Positions 43,640 to 58,232 of a DNA stretch of 64,000 nt are shown here, piece after piece; position 1 is the stretch's first letter; each line of letters opens with the position of its first letter. Made by a program: the position numbers and the translations under genes. Under the pieces are notes generated by a model. It did not search any database, was not told the DNA's origin, and was given only the letters and a program-made list of their open reading frames with translations. Where the stretch lies: contig OZ024742.1 of NCBI GenBank assembly GCA_964016885.1, forward strand, positions 181,846,001 through 181,910,000. Reading direction: 5' to 3'. This stretch comes from Eledone cirrhosa (taxonomy: Eukaryota).

Positions 43640-45562
43640 TACAGCAATTTTGTCACTCTCTCTCAAAATACTACCTCTCTCTCTCTAAAACATAATACCT
43701 ATCCCACCCTCTCTATATACCACTACATACCTCACTCTCTATCATTCTCACAATTCCCCCCTCTCTCACTGAAACACCAAACTATCTGCCACCCTCTATA
43801 TTCCACTACATACCTCACTCTCTGAATTTCTCCTCTCACAATAGATAACCAAATTATTTCCCCTCTCTATATACCAGTACACACCTCACTCTCTACCTCT
43901 CTCGTAATTCCAACACTCTCACTAGTCCACCAAACTCTCCCTTATATTTCAGTACATACCGCACTCTCTTAACCCCTCTCTCTCACTAGGCCAATAAACT
44001 CTCACCCCTCTCTATAACCCATTACATACCTCACACTCACTCTTTTCCACGCACTTAATTCCCCCTCTTTCTCTAAAGCAACAAATTCTCTCCCGCTCTC
44101 TATAGCCCACTATATACCTCACTTTATCTCACAATTCCCCCTCTCTCACTAGGTCACCAAATTCCCACTCTCTCTCTCAATACCATTACATACCTCATTC
44201 TCCCCCACTCATTAATTTCCCCTCTCTAATTAAATCAATAGATTCTCTCCCCCTCTCTCTATCCTACTACATACCTGACTCTTTCTCACAATTCCCCCTC
44301 TCTCTATCCTACTACATACCTGACTCTTTCTCACAATTCCCCCTCTCTCACTAGACCACCAGATTCCCTCTCCCTCTATATATCTCACTACATATATCAC
44401 TCTCTCTCACAATTCCTCCTTTCTCACTAAAGTAACAAACTCTCTCCCTCTCACTCTATTTACCACACTGTCTCTCACAATTCCCCCTCTTTGACTAGAC
44501 CACCAATCAATCTCCCCCTCTCTATATTCCACTACATATTTCACTCTCTTTCACTCTCTTATTCCCGCTCTCTCACTAAACCAACAAATTATTCCCCACT
44601 ATCTATATCCCACTACATACCTCATTCGCTCTAACAATTCCGCCTCTCTCACTAGACCACCAAATTCTCTCACTCTCAATATATTCCACTACATACCTCA
44701 CTCTCTCTCTTACTCTCTTAACTCACCCTCTCTCACTAGGCCAATAAACTCTCACCCCTCTCTATAACGCAATACACACCTCACACTCTTTCACTATTCC
44801 TCCTCTCACACTAGACCACCAAATTATCTCCCCCCTCTATATTCTACTACATACCTTACTCTCTTTCACTCTCTTAATTCCATCTCTCTCATTAGACCAA
44901 CAAATTATCTCCCCCTCTCTATATCCCACTACATACCTCATTCTCTCTCAGAATTCCACCCCTCTCACTAAACCAATAAACTCTCTCCCCTTCACTCTAT
45001 GCCACTACATACCTCACTCTCTCTCACAATTCCCCCTCTCTCACTAAACTAGCAATCAATCTGCTCCTCTCTATATACGAGTACATATTTCACTTTCTTT
45101 TACAATTCCCCCTCTCTCACTAGACCACCAAATTCTCTCCCCCCTCTATATATACCACTACGTACCTCACTCTCATGCCCCTCTCTCATCAATTTCCCCC
45201 CTCTCATCAAACAAACAAACTCTCCTCTCTCTCTCTATCCTGCTACATATTTTACTCTTTCTCACAATTTTCCACTCTCTCTCTCACTAGACCACGAAAT
45301 TCATTTACCTTCTCTAGAGATTAACTACATACCTCATTCTCTCTAACAATTCCCCCTCTCTCACTAAAAAAACAAACTCTCTCTCCCTCATTCTATACCA
45401 CTACATAACTCACTCTCTTTCACTCTCTTAATTCCCCCTCTCTCTCACTAAACCAACAAATACTCTTCCGCTCTCTATATTCCACTATATACCTCACTCT
45501 CTCTCACGATTCCCCCTCTCACTAGACCACCAATTTCTCTCTCCCTCTCTATATCCCACTAC
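43640..45562. repeat. Pyrimidine-rich degenerate minisatellite, ~65-75-bp unit
   Basis: cactacatacctcactctc...caattccccctctctcactagaccaccaaa repeated. Confidence 0.85.
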
Positions 45563-45956
45563 AATATTTTTTACCTTGAAACAACAAATGTTTTCCTCTT
45601 CTGTAAAGAACAACACAGTTCTCTATCCCCTCCCCTACCTTTTGAACTCCTGGGGTGTGTGTGTGGGGGGGGGGATATTTCTTTCTTTTGGTGGTGTGCT
45701 TTTGTTGAATTATTTGACAGGAGTTTAAAATATGTGGTGGTGGAGTGTGGCGGTGGTGGTGTGGATCTGTTGGCAGCAGTGTGGTGATGGTGGTGGTGAT
45801 AGTATGTTGGTGTTGGTGGTGTTTGTTTATTTTGAATTCATCTATCTATATATCTATAGGAACAGCGTCAGGACCCCGACAGCTGAGCTCCGGCCGTTTC
45901 GACAGCTAGATCCGAACCTAGTATCTTACCACATCCTCTTTGTATCCATCTATCTA

Positions 45957-46590
45957 TCTATATACTACTAAAACTCTGTGATTGTGTGCTTGTTTGTAAT
46001 TTAATACAGCCAAAACGGTGCATAATGGGAAAATACTTTGAAATGGGAATACAAATGGAATGAAATAAGATTTGCGTAAACCGGGGCACGGATTTCCGAG
46101 ATACAGGGTTTTTTTCGGGTACCTTCATAAATAGTCAACATCTCTGTGATAACCAGTCAGATCGCTAGCGCGTTTACCGTTGTGTTTCATTTTCGAAAGC
46201 CTTAGTGCAGTCAAGTTAAATACAGACAGGAAGAGATCCCACTACAATATTTCAATAATTAGGCACAATATTTTAATTATTTAAAAATTATTTTTAAGTG
46301 AATATGATTTTAAAATAATATTTTTATTTGAATATAATTTTTAAAGAATATTTTTATGTGAATATGATTTTTAAAGAATGTTTATATGTGAATATGATTT
46401 AAAAAAAAAATACTATATCAGAGTGTTTCTGAAAGATACCCAGTCAACTAAGAATGTTGTCATCAAAAACATTCTTTTGAACAATGTGTAACAGCATAAA
46501 TATGAGAAAATATTAATTCGGACGAGATAAAATGAAAAGAAACATTAAGAGAGGTAACAACTAGACCCGTTAGGTCACGGGTGGTCGAGT
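45957..46590 (+). mobile_element. Non-autonomous Helitron-like element
   Basis: 5' TCtatatactactaaaac, short tgt-rich microsatellite, 3' hairpin cccgt...acggg before tcgagt. Confidence 0.45.
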
Positions 46591-46676
<86 letters not shown>

Positions 46677-46959
46677 GTGTGCGCGCGTGTGTGTGTGTGT
46701 GTGTGTGTGTCTATACGTACATTAGAACACACATACATTCTAACATATTTTAGTGCTCAACCACATAATAGTTCACGTATATATACTCATAGACACACAC
46801 ATTAACACTAACACACACATATACAAACAATAGCTCTAACTCACATACACACAAATACAATCCACCAATAAACACACACATAAGCACACACTGTAAAAGA
46901 TATACGCACTTATATACACACACAGTAACAGATATACACACTCATAGAAACACACACTA

Positions 46960-47523
46960 ACACTCACACGCACACACAAATACACTCTCACTAATACACA
47001 CACACACACACAGAAACACACACAAATACACTCTCACTAATACACACAGACACACACAGAAACATACACAAATACACTCTCACTAATACACACACACATA
47101 CACACACACAGAAACACACACAAATACACTCTCACTAATACATACACACACAGAAGCACACAAATATACTCTCACTAATACACACACACACACAGAAACA
47201 CACACAAATACAGTCTCACTAATACACACACTCAGAAACACACACACAAATACACTCTCATTAATACACACACACAGAAACACACACATACATTTTCACT
47301 AATACACACACACACACACAGAAACACACACAAATACACTCTCACTAATACACACACACACAGAAACACACACAAATACACTCTCACTAATACACAGAAA
47401 CACACACAAATACACTCTCACTAATACACACACACATACACACACACACAGAAACATACACAAATTTACTCTCACTAATACACACATACACACACAGAAA
47501 CATACACAAATACGCTCTCACTA

Positions 47524-47558
<35 letters not shown>

Positions 47559-48150
47559 CACACACAAATACACTCTCACTAATACACACAGAAACACACA
47601 CAAATACAGTCTCACTAATACACCCACACACACGCAGAAACACACACAAATACACTCTCATTAATACACACACACACACAGAAACACACACAAATACATG
47701 TTCACTAATACACACACACACACAGAAACACACACAAATACACTCTCACTAATACACACACACACACAGAAACACACACAAATACACTCTCACTAATACA
47801 CACACACACAAATACACTCTCACTAATACACAGAAACACACACAGAAACACACACAAATACACTGTCACTAATACACACACACACAGAAACATACACAAA
47901 TTTACTCTCACTAATACACACATACACACACAGAAACATACACAAATACGCTCTCACTAATACACACACACACACACACACAGAAACACACAAATACACT
48001 CTCACTAATACACACACACTGAAACAGACATACACACAATGCAACAGATATACACACTCATAGATACACACTAACACACACACTCTCACTAATACACGCA
48101 CACACACACTGAAACACGCACACACATACATTCTCACACACACACAGAAA
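46960..48150. repeat. CA-rich minisatellite, ~36-40-bp unit
   Basis: acacaaatacactctcactaatac(ac)n agaa repeated. Confidence 0.9.
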
Positions 48151-48409
48151 CACACTACATATAGTGTGAGCTAACGGAAGAGAGACATTTTCAGCTAAGT
48201 GGAGGTCAGGAATGGTGACGATGTATGTTACGTGGTTTGGTGGTGTTAGGTGAGGTGGTGGTTATTTGGTGGAGGTGGGGAGTCGTGTTTTGTGTGAGCT
48301 GTTGAGTGTTTCTGGCATTGGTGGGGGGGGGGGTTAGTGGGGATTGTTGGAGTTGGTAGGGGATTGGTGGAGAGTTATCAACAGAACGGCAGACATGTTA
48401 GTAAGTTAC

Positions 48410-49110
48410 CCACCACACACACCAACACTAGCGCCGCTGGTCCCACCACCACCTGCACCACCAGATCCACCAGCACCACCAACACCACCACCACCGTCAT
48501 CACCAGCACCACCATCACCACCACCAGTAGCAGCATTACCAGCACCACTACCACACACACACACACACACACACCACTACAGCCGCTGCAACTACCACCA
48601 CCACCACTACTACGGACACCATCGCCAGCACCACCAGCACTAACACCAGCACCACTACCACCCCTACCACCACTACCACCAGCACCATAGACACCATCAG
48701 CACAACGACGACGACCACCACCACCACCACCACTACCACTATCACCACAACCAACACCAGCACCACCACCACCACCACAACCACCACTACCACCACTACC
48801 ACCACCACCACCACCACAACCACACACCACCACTACCACCACCACCACAACCACACACACCACCACTACCACCACCACCGCAGACACCATCACCATCGCA
48901 GACACCGTCACCACTGCAGACACCATCACCACCACCACTACCACTACCACCATCACTATCACCATCAACACAACGACGACGACCACCACCACTATCACCA
49001 TGATCACAACCAACAACAACAGTAAGAATAGCGACTGAAGAAACATCACCACCACGATCACCACCACCACCACCACATCCAACATCACAAGACTCACAGA
49101 CAACATCACT
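48410..49110. repeat. Degenerate (CAC)n trinucleotide tract
   Basis: Direct inspection. Confidence 0.9.
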
Positions 49111-49523
49111 AAAAATAGCAGTCAAATCTTCCTTAAATCATACTTTCCACTGTTAAAAAAGGGAAGGTTATGCATTAATGCTGTTCTAGATAGATCCCTC
49201 ACTAAACAGACGGTGTAGCCATGGCCGGATTGTTTTTTTTATCATAGGTCAGCAAGATCAGGACTGACCTGTGACTAAGTAGATTTGCAGTATGAGTAGA
49301 GTGTTGGCCCTTTACGTTCTGAGTTCAAATCGCGCTGAGGTTAGCTTTACCCCACATCTTTACGGGGTCGATAAAATAAAGTACCATTAATGCACTGAGA
49401 TAATTGCTGGCTTTGGGCCAAAAGTAGAAACAATTAATTAGCAGTAGTATCAATGATTGGTCACTGGTCAAAGCTGAAAAGATAGGAATATCATGTCTGG
49501 AAAGCATTTGATCGTAGGGTTTG

Positions 49524-49717
49524 CAGACCTGTCAAATCTCCCCATCTGACGGGGAGATCTCTCATCCACTTCTGGGTGGGTGAGAGATGTCTTCTTCCGT
49601 GAAAATGTGTATAGCTTTCATTATGCAAAATCTCTCCATTTTTCCCCATTTTTCCCCGTTTTGGGGCACTTTTTTTCAGAGTACTCACGTTTGGGTTTTT
49701 AGAGGTTGGCAGGTCTG
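49524..49717. mobile_element. MITE, same family as 27201-27394
   Basis: CAGACCTGTCAA...TTGGCAGGTCTG termini. Confidence 0.7.
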
Positions 49718-51179
49718 GGTCTACTCGATCAGAGCTGACCTTGAACCAAACAATAATAACAGTAACGCCAACAGCAAAAACTACAACAGTATCAACTACA
49801 ACAGTAACTATAACAACAGTAAAAACAGCAACGGTAACAACAACAGTAACAACGGCAACGGTAAAAAACAAGAAGTAACAGCAGCAGTAATAACTACAAC
49901 AGTAGCAACTACTGCTGTAACAATTACAACAGTAACAACAGTAACAACATCAATATCAGCAGTAACAACTACAACAGTAAAAACTACAGCTGTTATAAGG
50001 GTTTCTTATATAGGCAAAAGGCCAGCAATTTCGGGGGAGGGGAAAGTCGATTAAATCGACTGGTACTTTATTTTATCGACCCCGTAAGAATGAAAGGCAA
50101 AGTTAACCTCGGAGGGATTTGAACTCAGACCGTAAAGTACTGTAACTCTATGCTGCAAAGCATGGTGCCCGACTCTCTACCGATACTGACAATCCACCGC
50201 CCCTAGCTACAGCTGTAATAATAATAACAATGACATTAACAACTACAGCAGTGGCAACAACAGCAAAATCAATAACAACAATAACAACAGCAACAACATT
50301 GAAACGTGACTTTTGTATTTGAAAACATACAATGGAGGATTGTCTTAAGTTGAAAAAAAAAATGCTAACGAAAACGAGAAACAAAGCAGAGTTCAACCTG
50401 CGTGAAGATCTAATCGTCCGGGATCAATACTGTCTCGTCTGCCTTTTTTCTGTCTCCCAACCAAACAACAACGGGTAGTTCAATGCAATGCTCTCTTCAT
50501 GAACCGAATAAGGGCCAAGTGAATGAATAATAGAAATAATACTTATGTCCTCCCCTAACTCCATGTAGTACCTACCGTTCTTGTGCTTGAGGAATTGCTA
50601 AGTTAAATATAAGTTCTTTAATGTGTAACACTCATACTTGTTTCATTCCAGTTTGTCATGGCTTACTAGCTTTATGCATGCATTTTCCCGGAACCCTTTC
50701 CTTAGGGAATTGAGTCGTAGGGTCTCCGTATTGACATACGGCGTTTTTAGGGCATTTTCTTCAATCTGGTGGAACCCATCTCCTGTCCAGGTCTGAACAC
50801 AGCAGATTTCTTCTAGAGAGGATTAGAGAGTGAGAGAGAGGCTGCAACAAAGATATATAGAGGAAAAATTAACCCCCAGTACTTGACTGGTATTTTGTTA
50901 TCATCCTTGAATAATTGAAAGGCAAAGTTGATCTCGGTGGGATTTGAGAAAAGAGAGCCGAAACAAATACTGCAAAGGTTTCTATCCGACGATCTAACCG
51001 CTCAGCCAATTCATTGCCTATACTATTTCGATATAAACGCTTACATTGATTAAATAAATAAACAAATTATGTTATAAACTTACTCATTTAATTTTAAAAT
51101 ATTTCTATTATATCGGTAATCTATAGTTATGTTTGTTTAACATTTAACGTTATAATTCTTTAAAGTTTTAAACAGTTCT

Positions 51180-51540
51180 ATTATGTCCAGGATTTTGTTC
51201 CACAGAGTTTGAAGGTTGTTTGAAGCGTAACGCTTGGAATAATGAAACTGTTACAAACTCATTTATGTAACCGATTTGATTCCATAGTTATGGCTGTTTG
51301 CAGTGTGACCTTCTAACTCATTGTCATCAATTTTGTTCCATAGTCAAAGTTGTTTGAAGCGTAGCTCTTGGATTAATCAAACTTTACAAACTCAGCTATG
51401 TCCCGATTTCATTCCATAGTTATAACTGATTACAGTATGGTACTATAACTTAGTTATGTCCAGGATTTTGTTCCATAGTTAAGGTTGTTTGAAGCGTAAT
51501 TCTTGGATTAATTAAACTATTAAAAAACTCAATTATATCC
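51180..51540. repeat. Degenerate tandem repeat, ~3 copies of ~135 bp
   Basis: ttttgttcca...gttgtttgaagcgta..cttgga.taat.aaact recurs near 51190, 51330 and 51465. Confidence 0.7.
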
Positions 51541-52099
51541 CCGATATAACTGGAAAATGGACGTAAACGATGATGATGATGATGTCCCTCCCTCTTGTAT
51601 TATAGTGTAAATGCTTGAGTATTCTACAGACGCGTGCATTATTAACGCAATTCTCAGAGATATTAAGCATGACACTGTGTATGACAGGACAGGCCATATG
51701 AATTACAATGCAAAAGCCTGAGCATTCAAGAGACACGTGCACCTTAAGAGTTCTCAGGGAGATTCAGTATGATATAGCGGGTGACTAACCTGGCATTTTA
51801 AATTACAGCTATGGCTGTTTTTCTTCAGATGTAATAATGTGAAATCACGTATCTTGCTCAAGAACAAAATGTACTGCATGGTATCGAACTCACGGGGCTA
51901 CAATCAAGAGCCAAACACTCTAGCAATTAAGCTACACTCCTGTCTCCATATAAATTAGAACTCTCAAATTTCCTGATGTTAAATTCTTCGATTATGTTGA
52001 CGGTTTTGTGCCAAAGATTTCTATTCATAAAAAGCCGCTCTCCATTTCTAGAACAACACGAAACAGAGAATTCAGACTACTTAAAGGATAAGAAGCTCG

Positions 52100-52390
52100 C
52101 GAGGCCTAGTGGTAAATGTGTTGGACATAGAATCGTAGTGTTGTGGGTTTAGATTCCTGGACTGGTCTGTGTACGGTGTTCTTGAGCACAACACTTCCTT
52201 TTACGTTGATCCTGTCAGTATACTCAACTAAATATGTGTACCAGCAGCAATAGGTTAGCTGGGGATTTAACCCTGCGATGGGCTGGCATCCTGTCGAAGA
52301 TATAAGGGTAGTCTTGTATTCTCGGTCGCTTAACGCCACGAAAACAGGGATAAGCATCGGCCTGATGAGTCTCTGAGCTTGTGGCAGATT
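52100..52390 (+). mobile_element. tRNA-derived SINE with a different 3' tail
   Basis: GGCCTAGTGG A box, degenerate B box, aaccctgcgatgggctggcatcc core. Confidence 0.7.
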
Positions 52391-54351
52391 TTAGATCACA
52401 GCCACATGGCTAGGTTCGATTCCAATGCTATCAAATAACTACCCTTAAAAGGGCTAGTAGATTAACAGAATCGGTAGAGTATTGGACAATGTACAATACA
52501 GCATTTGTTTTGGCACTTTACGTTCTGGGTTCAAATCCTACCGAGGTCAACTTTGCCTTTAATCCTTCTGGGTTGGATAATAAAAAAAACATAGAGGTAG
52601 AACTGGACTTTCTAATAAGCTAAATAAGCAATAGCTTAAAGCCACAAACCCTGAGCTGCTATATTTGAAATAAATAAGCTTATTCTATCATAAATTTTTT
52701 ATTCATTAACAATAAATTATAAAAAAATTAGGGTCTTAAATATCAAATAGCTAAGGGCTTCAGCAGATGAAAGTCTGGCCTTGTGCACCAGCGAAGTACT
52801 GGGGTCGATATAATCGACTTTATCTCTTTCCAAAATTGCTGATCTGGTGCCTAAATTAGAAATCTTTATTATATACTTCTACGACACGGATGTTATGAAA
52901 TAAAGAGGTTGGTGGGAGACACCTTACGAAAAGTTTGTAACCGTTTTAAGGTCAAAACATAAAATTATCGAAGGAAAAACGAAATTTCGACTTCAAAATT
53001 CTAAAGAAATTTATCAAATACCTACCTTTTAAAATTATAAAAATAATATTATTACACCTGTCTCAAATACGTGTGTAATATAATACACATTTGCCTGAAA
53101 GCCTTGTGAGTGCAATGTGGGCAAACGAAATCCATGAGGGTGACCTTGTTTGGAGAGGTCTGAACGATATATTTGTTGATCTGGGGTGCTAGAAAAATTC
53201 CGTGAGGATGACCACATTTAAAGAGGTCTGAAGGCTATATTTTTTTGATTTGGGGTGGTAGATGTAATCTGTCTGTCACTAAGCAAACAATAGCCAAGAG
53301 CATGTAACCACCTCCTGTGTCACGCCATAGCCTCAAAGTGGGAGAGGGAGAAAAGTACAGAAGGGTTCACGCATGCGTAAAGACGTAATTTCAAATGGCC
53401 AAGTGAGGGATTTACAAAATTGACGTTTACCGGACACCTTATACTAACATTAAGTAACAAAGTCCTCAATTCTTTTTAAATAATGTTTTTCACAAAAGCC
53501 GAAGGATATTACAAGCAATGCCTGGACCTTTGATGTCTTTAATAAAGTCTTGGTTCATGGCCAAGTGTGCTGGAGTCTTTGGCAATTGTCGAAACACAAT
53601 ATTATTTATTTTATTATTACACCCTGACTCCTAGACTATAATAACGTTCTTATTTTTAATCTTCAGAGTCGTTAGTTGATAGAATATTGAGGATAAAATT
53701 AAGGATTTTTCCTATACATTTTGATGCTTATGAAGGAATAAAGCCTTCAAAATTCTCGTGTTTCCGCTACTCCAAAAATACGCCCTGGCATGATTTTTAT
53801 GTTGCTGTCCAAATAAGCCCTATTGCATGTTTGCGAGGAAAATTGATATCAAAAATAATATAAAACGCAGACTTCCAGACTATTGTTGTTTACTAACATA
53901 ATAAATTATTTTAACAATATTGTTTTAAACTATATCCTTTATTTTTGACACTAGTATAATGATATTTTTATCAAAAGTCTTGTGCTGTTATTGTTTGTGT
54001 AAAAATTTAAGCCCTACTACGAAATTAAGCCCTAGTCCCCCCTTTTTAAGGGAAAAATAATATAAAACCTATCTTAGAGGAACAAGGTAATTCTCTGTTT
54101 CACTCAAACGATGTGTCTAAAACCCCTTTCTCGTAGACAAAGTGTACAAGTGTAAGGATTAAAATTTACCGACATAAAGTTTAGTGCTCGCCACATCTTG
54201 AATTTTTGTTCAAATAACATTCTGTTGTTAGTAATAACATTCTGTTGTTAGTAATATATGTTTTAGAATAAGAAATAAGATTTTGCAGAGATAGTTTTTT
54301 GGGTGTGTTTTTTTTTTAATGGTGTAGATGATTAATACGTTGACGAAGTTA

Positions 54352-54666
54352 TCTATATTACTAAAACAGAGAATGTCTGTTTGTCTGTACAATCACTAAA
54401 TCTCGAGAACCACCCAGCCGATTATTTTCAAACTTTACACATGTAATACTTATGGTCCTATTGAGTGTTGAGAAAAAAAAATTTCAAATTTTCTATGCCC
54501 TAGGGACCGCATTAGGGGATTTAGCGATCTCTTTCTCTCTCTCTTAGACTTTCTCTTTTTAGGTAGATACATAGATATTACGTTGCGCCTTTATAATATC
54601 TGTCTGTCTGATGTCTGCATTACGTCATTATGACGCGGTGTGTGTGTGTGTGTATGTATATATATA

Positions 54667-54754
<88 letters not shown>

Positions 54755-55247
54755 TGTAACGTTTTTCGAAATATTTACTTTTGCGTTCACAGATTTATTA
54801 TTTTAGTTTCAGAAGATCTCGTTAAGGGTGAAAGCAGCGATTCTTTGCTTAAACTTTAATCTGTTATTTTAATATATATATATACATATATATTCGTGTA
54901 CAGATATTTTTGTATTTTTGCATACACATATAAACAAAAGTATTTATTTCGCGATAAAAAATTGATTTTCTTCGAACGGAAAAAACCCTGGTAATGTACG
55001 ACAAACCTTTTTTATAAGCACAAAATGTAGACACCAACCCGAGGCCGAGGTATTCCGTACTTCTCTGTACTGTTATTTATATATTCGTTTACAGATATTT
55101 TTGCATACACAATAACAAAATATAAAGAAACGTATTTACTTCACGAGGCTCTAGAAGGATAAATATATATCAAATATATAAGAACCCTCGAGCAAATCCC
55201 GAGCAACGGATTATATAGTATTATATAATACTAGCCATTCTGCTAGT
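54352..55247 (+). mobile_element. Non-autonomous Helitron-like element with nested insertions
   Basis: 5' TCtatattactaaaac, tgtctgtttgtctgt, atctcgagaac...ccgatt; 3' cccgagcaacg...tgCTAGt. Confidence 0.55.
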
Positions 55248-55379
55248 ATTATATAAAAAAAAAAAACTTTCTTTCCTTCGCAACTCCTAGTTGTAGAAAT
55301 CTTATGACATTATCAATATTATTTTAGAATAATGAAATTAATTTAATATGTTTTGGCAACTCGTTCGCACTTAGAGAGA

Positions 55380-55741
55380 CTAGTGTATAGATTGAGGACG
55401 ATTTGGCAGCTATTTCTAGCAGGTTTAATTACAATGTAGAGATTAGTCTTTGTTGGTATATACATAGGTAATATAGTACGGTGTATTTTTAGTGATGAAT
55501 TGGTTGCTATGTCTGACAGATCTAGCTACTATGTAGAGGAAAGTCTACCACATTGACTTATACATATATACAAGTAGCTCATAAACAAAGCACCTGTATT
55601 TATTTTGAGGAAGATTTGGTTGGTACTTTTAACAGGTCTAGTTACCATACAAACATAAGACTGTGGAGTGTTATCTGAGGGAGAATTCGCTGCTATTTCT
55701 ATTGTGTCTAGCTATCGTGTAGTGGCCTCACTCTTTTGTCT

Positions 55742-55837
<96 letters not shown>

Positions 55838-56240
55838 CAGAGTGAGAGAGGGGGATAGATAGATTGGTACATGACACAGTGGGGCTTCAGGGTAAATTGT
55901 CTGCTATTTTTACTTGGTCTATCTACCATCTAGAGGTTCTACTACAATGGCTTATACAATGTATGCTAGCAAGTAGCTCCTAAACAGAGCTCCTGTGTCT
56001 TGAGGGAGATTTGGCTACTATTTCTAGCTACCATGTAGTGAGCTGTTCTTTTGTCCCATATATATATATAAATTTATATATGTATATACAGAGAGATATA
56101 GAATGATACATACATAATACATGTTATAGTTTGAGGGAGTACTGGCTGCTATTTCTACTATGTCTAGCTACCATGTAGAGGCTCCACCACATTGGCCTAA
56201 ACAATATATGCTAGCAATTAGATCCTAAAGATAACTCTTT
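55380..56240. repeat. Degenerate tandem repeat (gatttggctgctatttctagcaggtctagctaccatgtagagg), ~7 copies
   Basis: Motif recurs at irregular ~100-200-bp spacing. Confidence 0.7.
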
Positions 56241-58094
56241 GGTGCACTTGAGTATCAGTTGGTTCTCTGTCAGATAACATTAGTTCCATCGTGTAGGAGA
56301 AAGATTCGATTATAAAACATGAAAAAATACAAACTGACTATCGCAAGAAAGTTTATATATAACTCTCCTCTGTTTGGCCTCCGATCGTGTTGGATGCAAG
56401 GAAGATGTTTTATATGTCTTAAAAAAACAACAATTGCGTCTAATAGGCCGACAAATAAGGTAAACTGAAAATGAAAACATTGGTTTTTGATTTAGGCACA
56501 AGGCCATCAATTTTGAGGAAGGGGTAAGTTGATAAAATCGACTCCAGTACATTGCTGGTACTTTATTTTACCAATCCCGTACTGACGTGGTGAAACTGGT
56601 AAAGACATGACCCCCTGTTCCTCAATAACTACCAAAACACACATCTATTTGTATATGCGCTACCTTGTATGTACATGTTATGTTTACGTTTATAAAAGTT
56701 TTTTTTTAAAATATCTTGGTTGATATTTGATAATAACAGCTAAACTAATCACTACAACTAAATTGATCAAATTTGCCCCCCTTCCCACCAAATTCAGAAA
56801 TGTCTCTGTTTATGAATACATTTTCCAAATTAGGATACACTATATATATATATATATGAACATTTTGAAACGCAGAAAATAACTGTAATAAACTACTATA
56901 GATAATTGCTGAGAAAATCGGATAAATTATCCCGAGGGGCGGAAAAAAAAGTTGCCAGAGTTATGAGTATGTTTATGTGTGTGTGATAATAATCGAAAAA
57001 TGAAGTAGAAGAGCTATACATTTATTCATTACGAAATAAGCATATTATGCAACATATATTGGATACTATTTGGTATCCGACTTAAACAGGCCAATTTCTA
57101 TGAGATAATTGTTTCTACTTTAGGCACAAGGCCAGCAAATACCCAGTACATTACTGGTACTTTATTTTATCGACCCCGGTAAGGATGAAAGGCAAAGTTA
57201 ACCTCGGCGGGATTTGAACTGAGATAATAATGTCTCACCTACTTAGTATTTGATGGACAAATGGTGTTTACATATGGCTGTTTTGAAGATATACCCGAGA
57301 AAATGAGGTCCCATATAAGATTTACATATAATATAATGTATATATATATATATATGTAGGAGGTGAGTTTTATTGTAGTACAATAAAGATATATATACAA
57401 TGCAGATATATATATTCTTACTTTATATCACCTTGAAAAAATCCTTCGTAAACAAACATTTTTTTTTACGTTAGATTATTCATCCTCTATTCATTATTTT
57501 TTTCTCACTTTCATCTAACTTATTCATGCTCATCTCACAATATATCTTTACTTACATTACTTTTGTTTTTTTAATAATACATATCAACATTTTCTTTCCA
57601 TCGCATATATTATTAAACCCTTAAATATTATTCTTAATACATATTAACATTTTCTTTCCATCGCACATATTATTAAAGCCTTAAATATTATTCTTAATAC
57701 ATATTAACAATTTCTTTTCATCGCACATATTATTAAATCCTTCAATATACAAACCTTAACTTTACATTATTTTTCTCTTCGTTAATTTTCAAATTCTTTT
57801 AATTTATACATTATCTTCCAACGGTTTTTCAACCTCTCTATGTAAAACAATATATTTTTCTCAGTTATAAAAGCTATCTCTCTCTCTCTATCACCCATCT
57901 CTCCTCCTATCTCATCCTTCCTCATTATACCCCCCCCCCCCTCCACTTTTTACTCTCATCTCCTCGTCTTTTTCACCCCCCCTCAAACATTTTTCCCCCC
58001 CAATATCACACATCAATCTAAAACTACTTTTCATATGTTGATTTAAAACTGCACTATCCACAAGTGTTTTTAACCTTCATATCATGTCTTCCTA

Positions 58095-58161
58095 TTTTAT
58101 CTGATGAAAACACAAATGTTATTGCATGATGATATTTGTTTTTGAAATGCCCATAATAAAA
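58095..58161 (+). ncRNA. Type I hammerhead motif at the 3' end of a PLE-like UTR (57.4-58.2 kb)
   Basis: ttttat-CTGATGA-long stem II-GAAA-tgcccaTA-ataaaa. Confidence 0.65.
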
Positions 58162-58191
58162 CACATGGAACTCTTTTAACCATCTTTTGAT

Positions 58192-58228
<37 letters not shown>

Positions 58229-58232
<4 letters not shown>

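Noticed and set aside
48337-49125. Mucin-like or Gly/Val/Pro-rich ORFs
   Set aside because: Open in several frames on both strands because of the (CAC)n tract; no splice or domain evidence.
52335-52380. GAAA...CTGATGA as a permuted hammerhead
   Set aside because: Required stems cannot be formed convincingly; it lies in an ordinary SINE tail.
53400-54090. Possible pogo/Tc1-like remnant
   Set aside because: Only a degenerate subterminal motif (taagcccta repeats); no convincing transposase translation or paired TIR.
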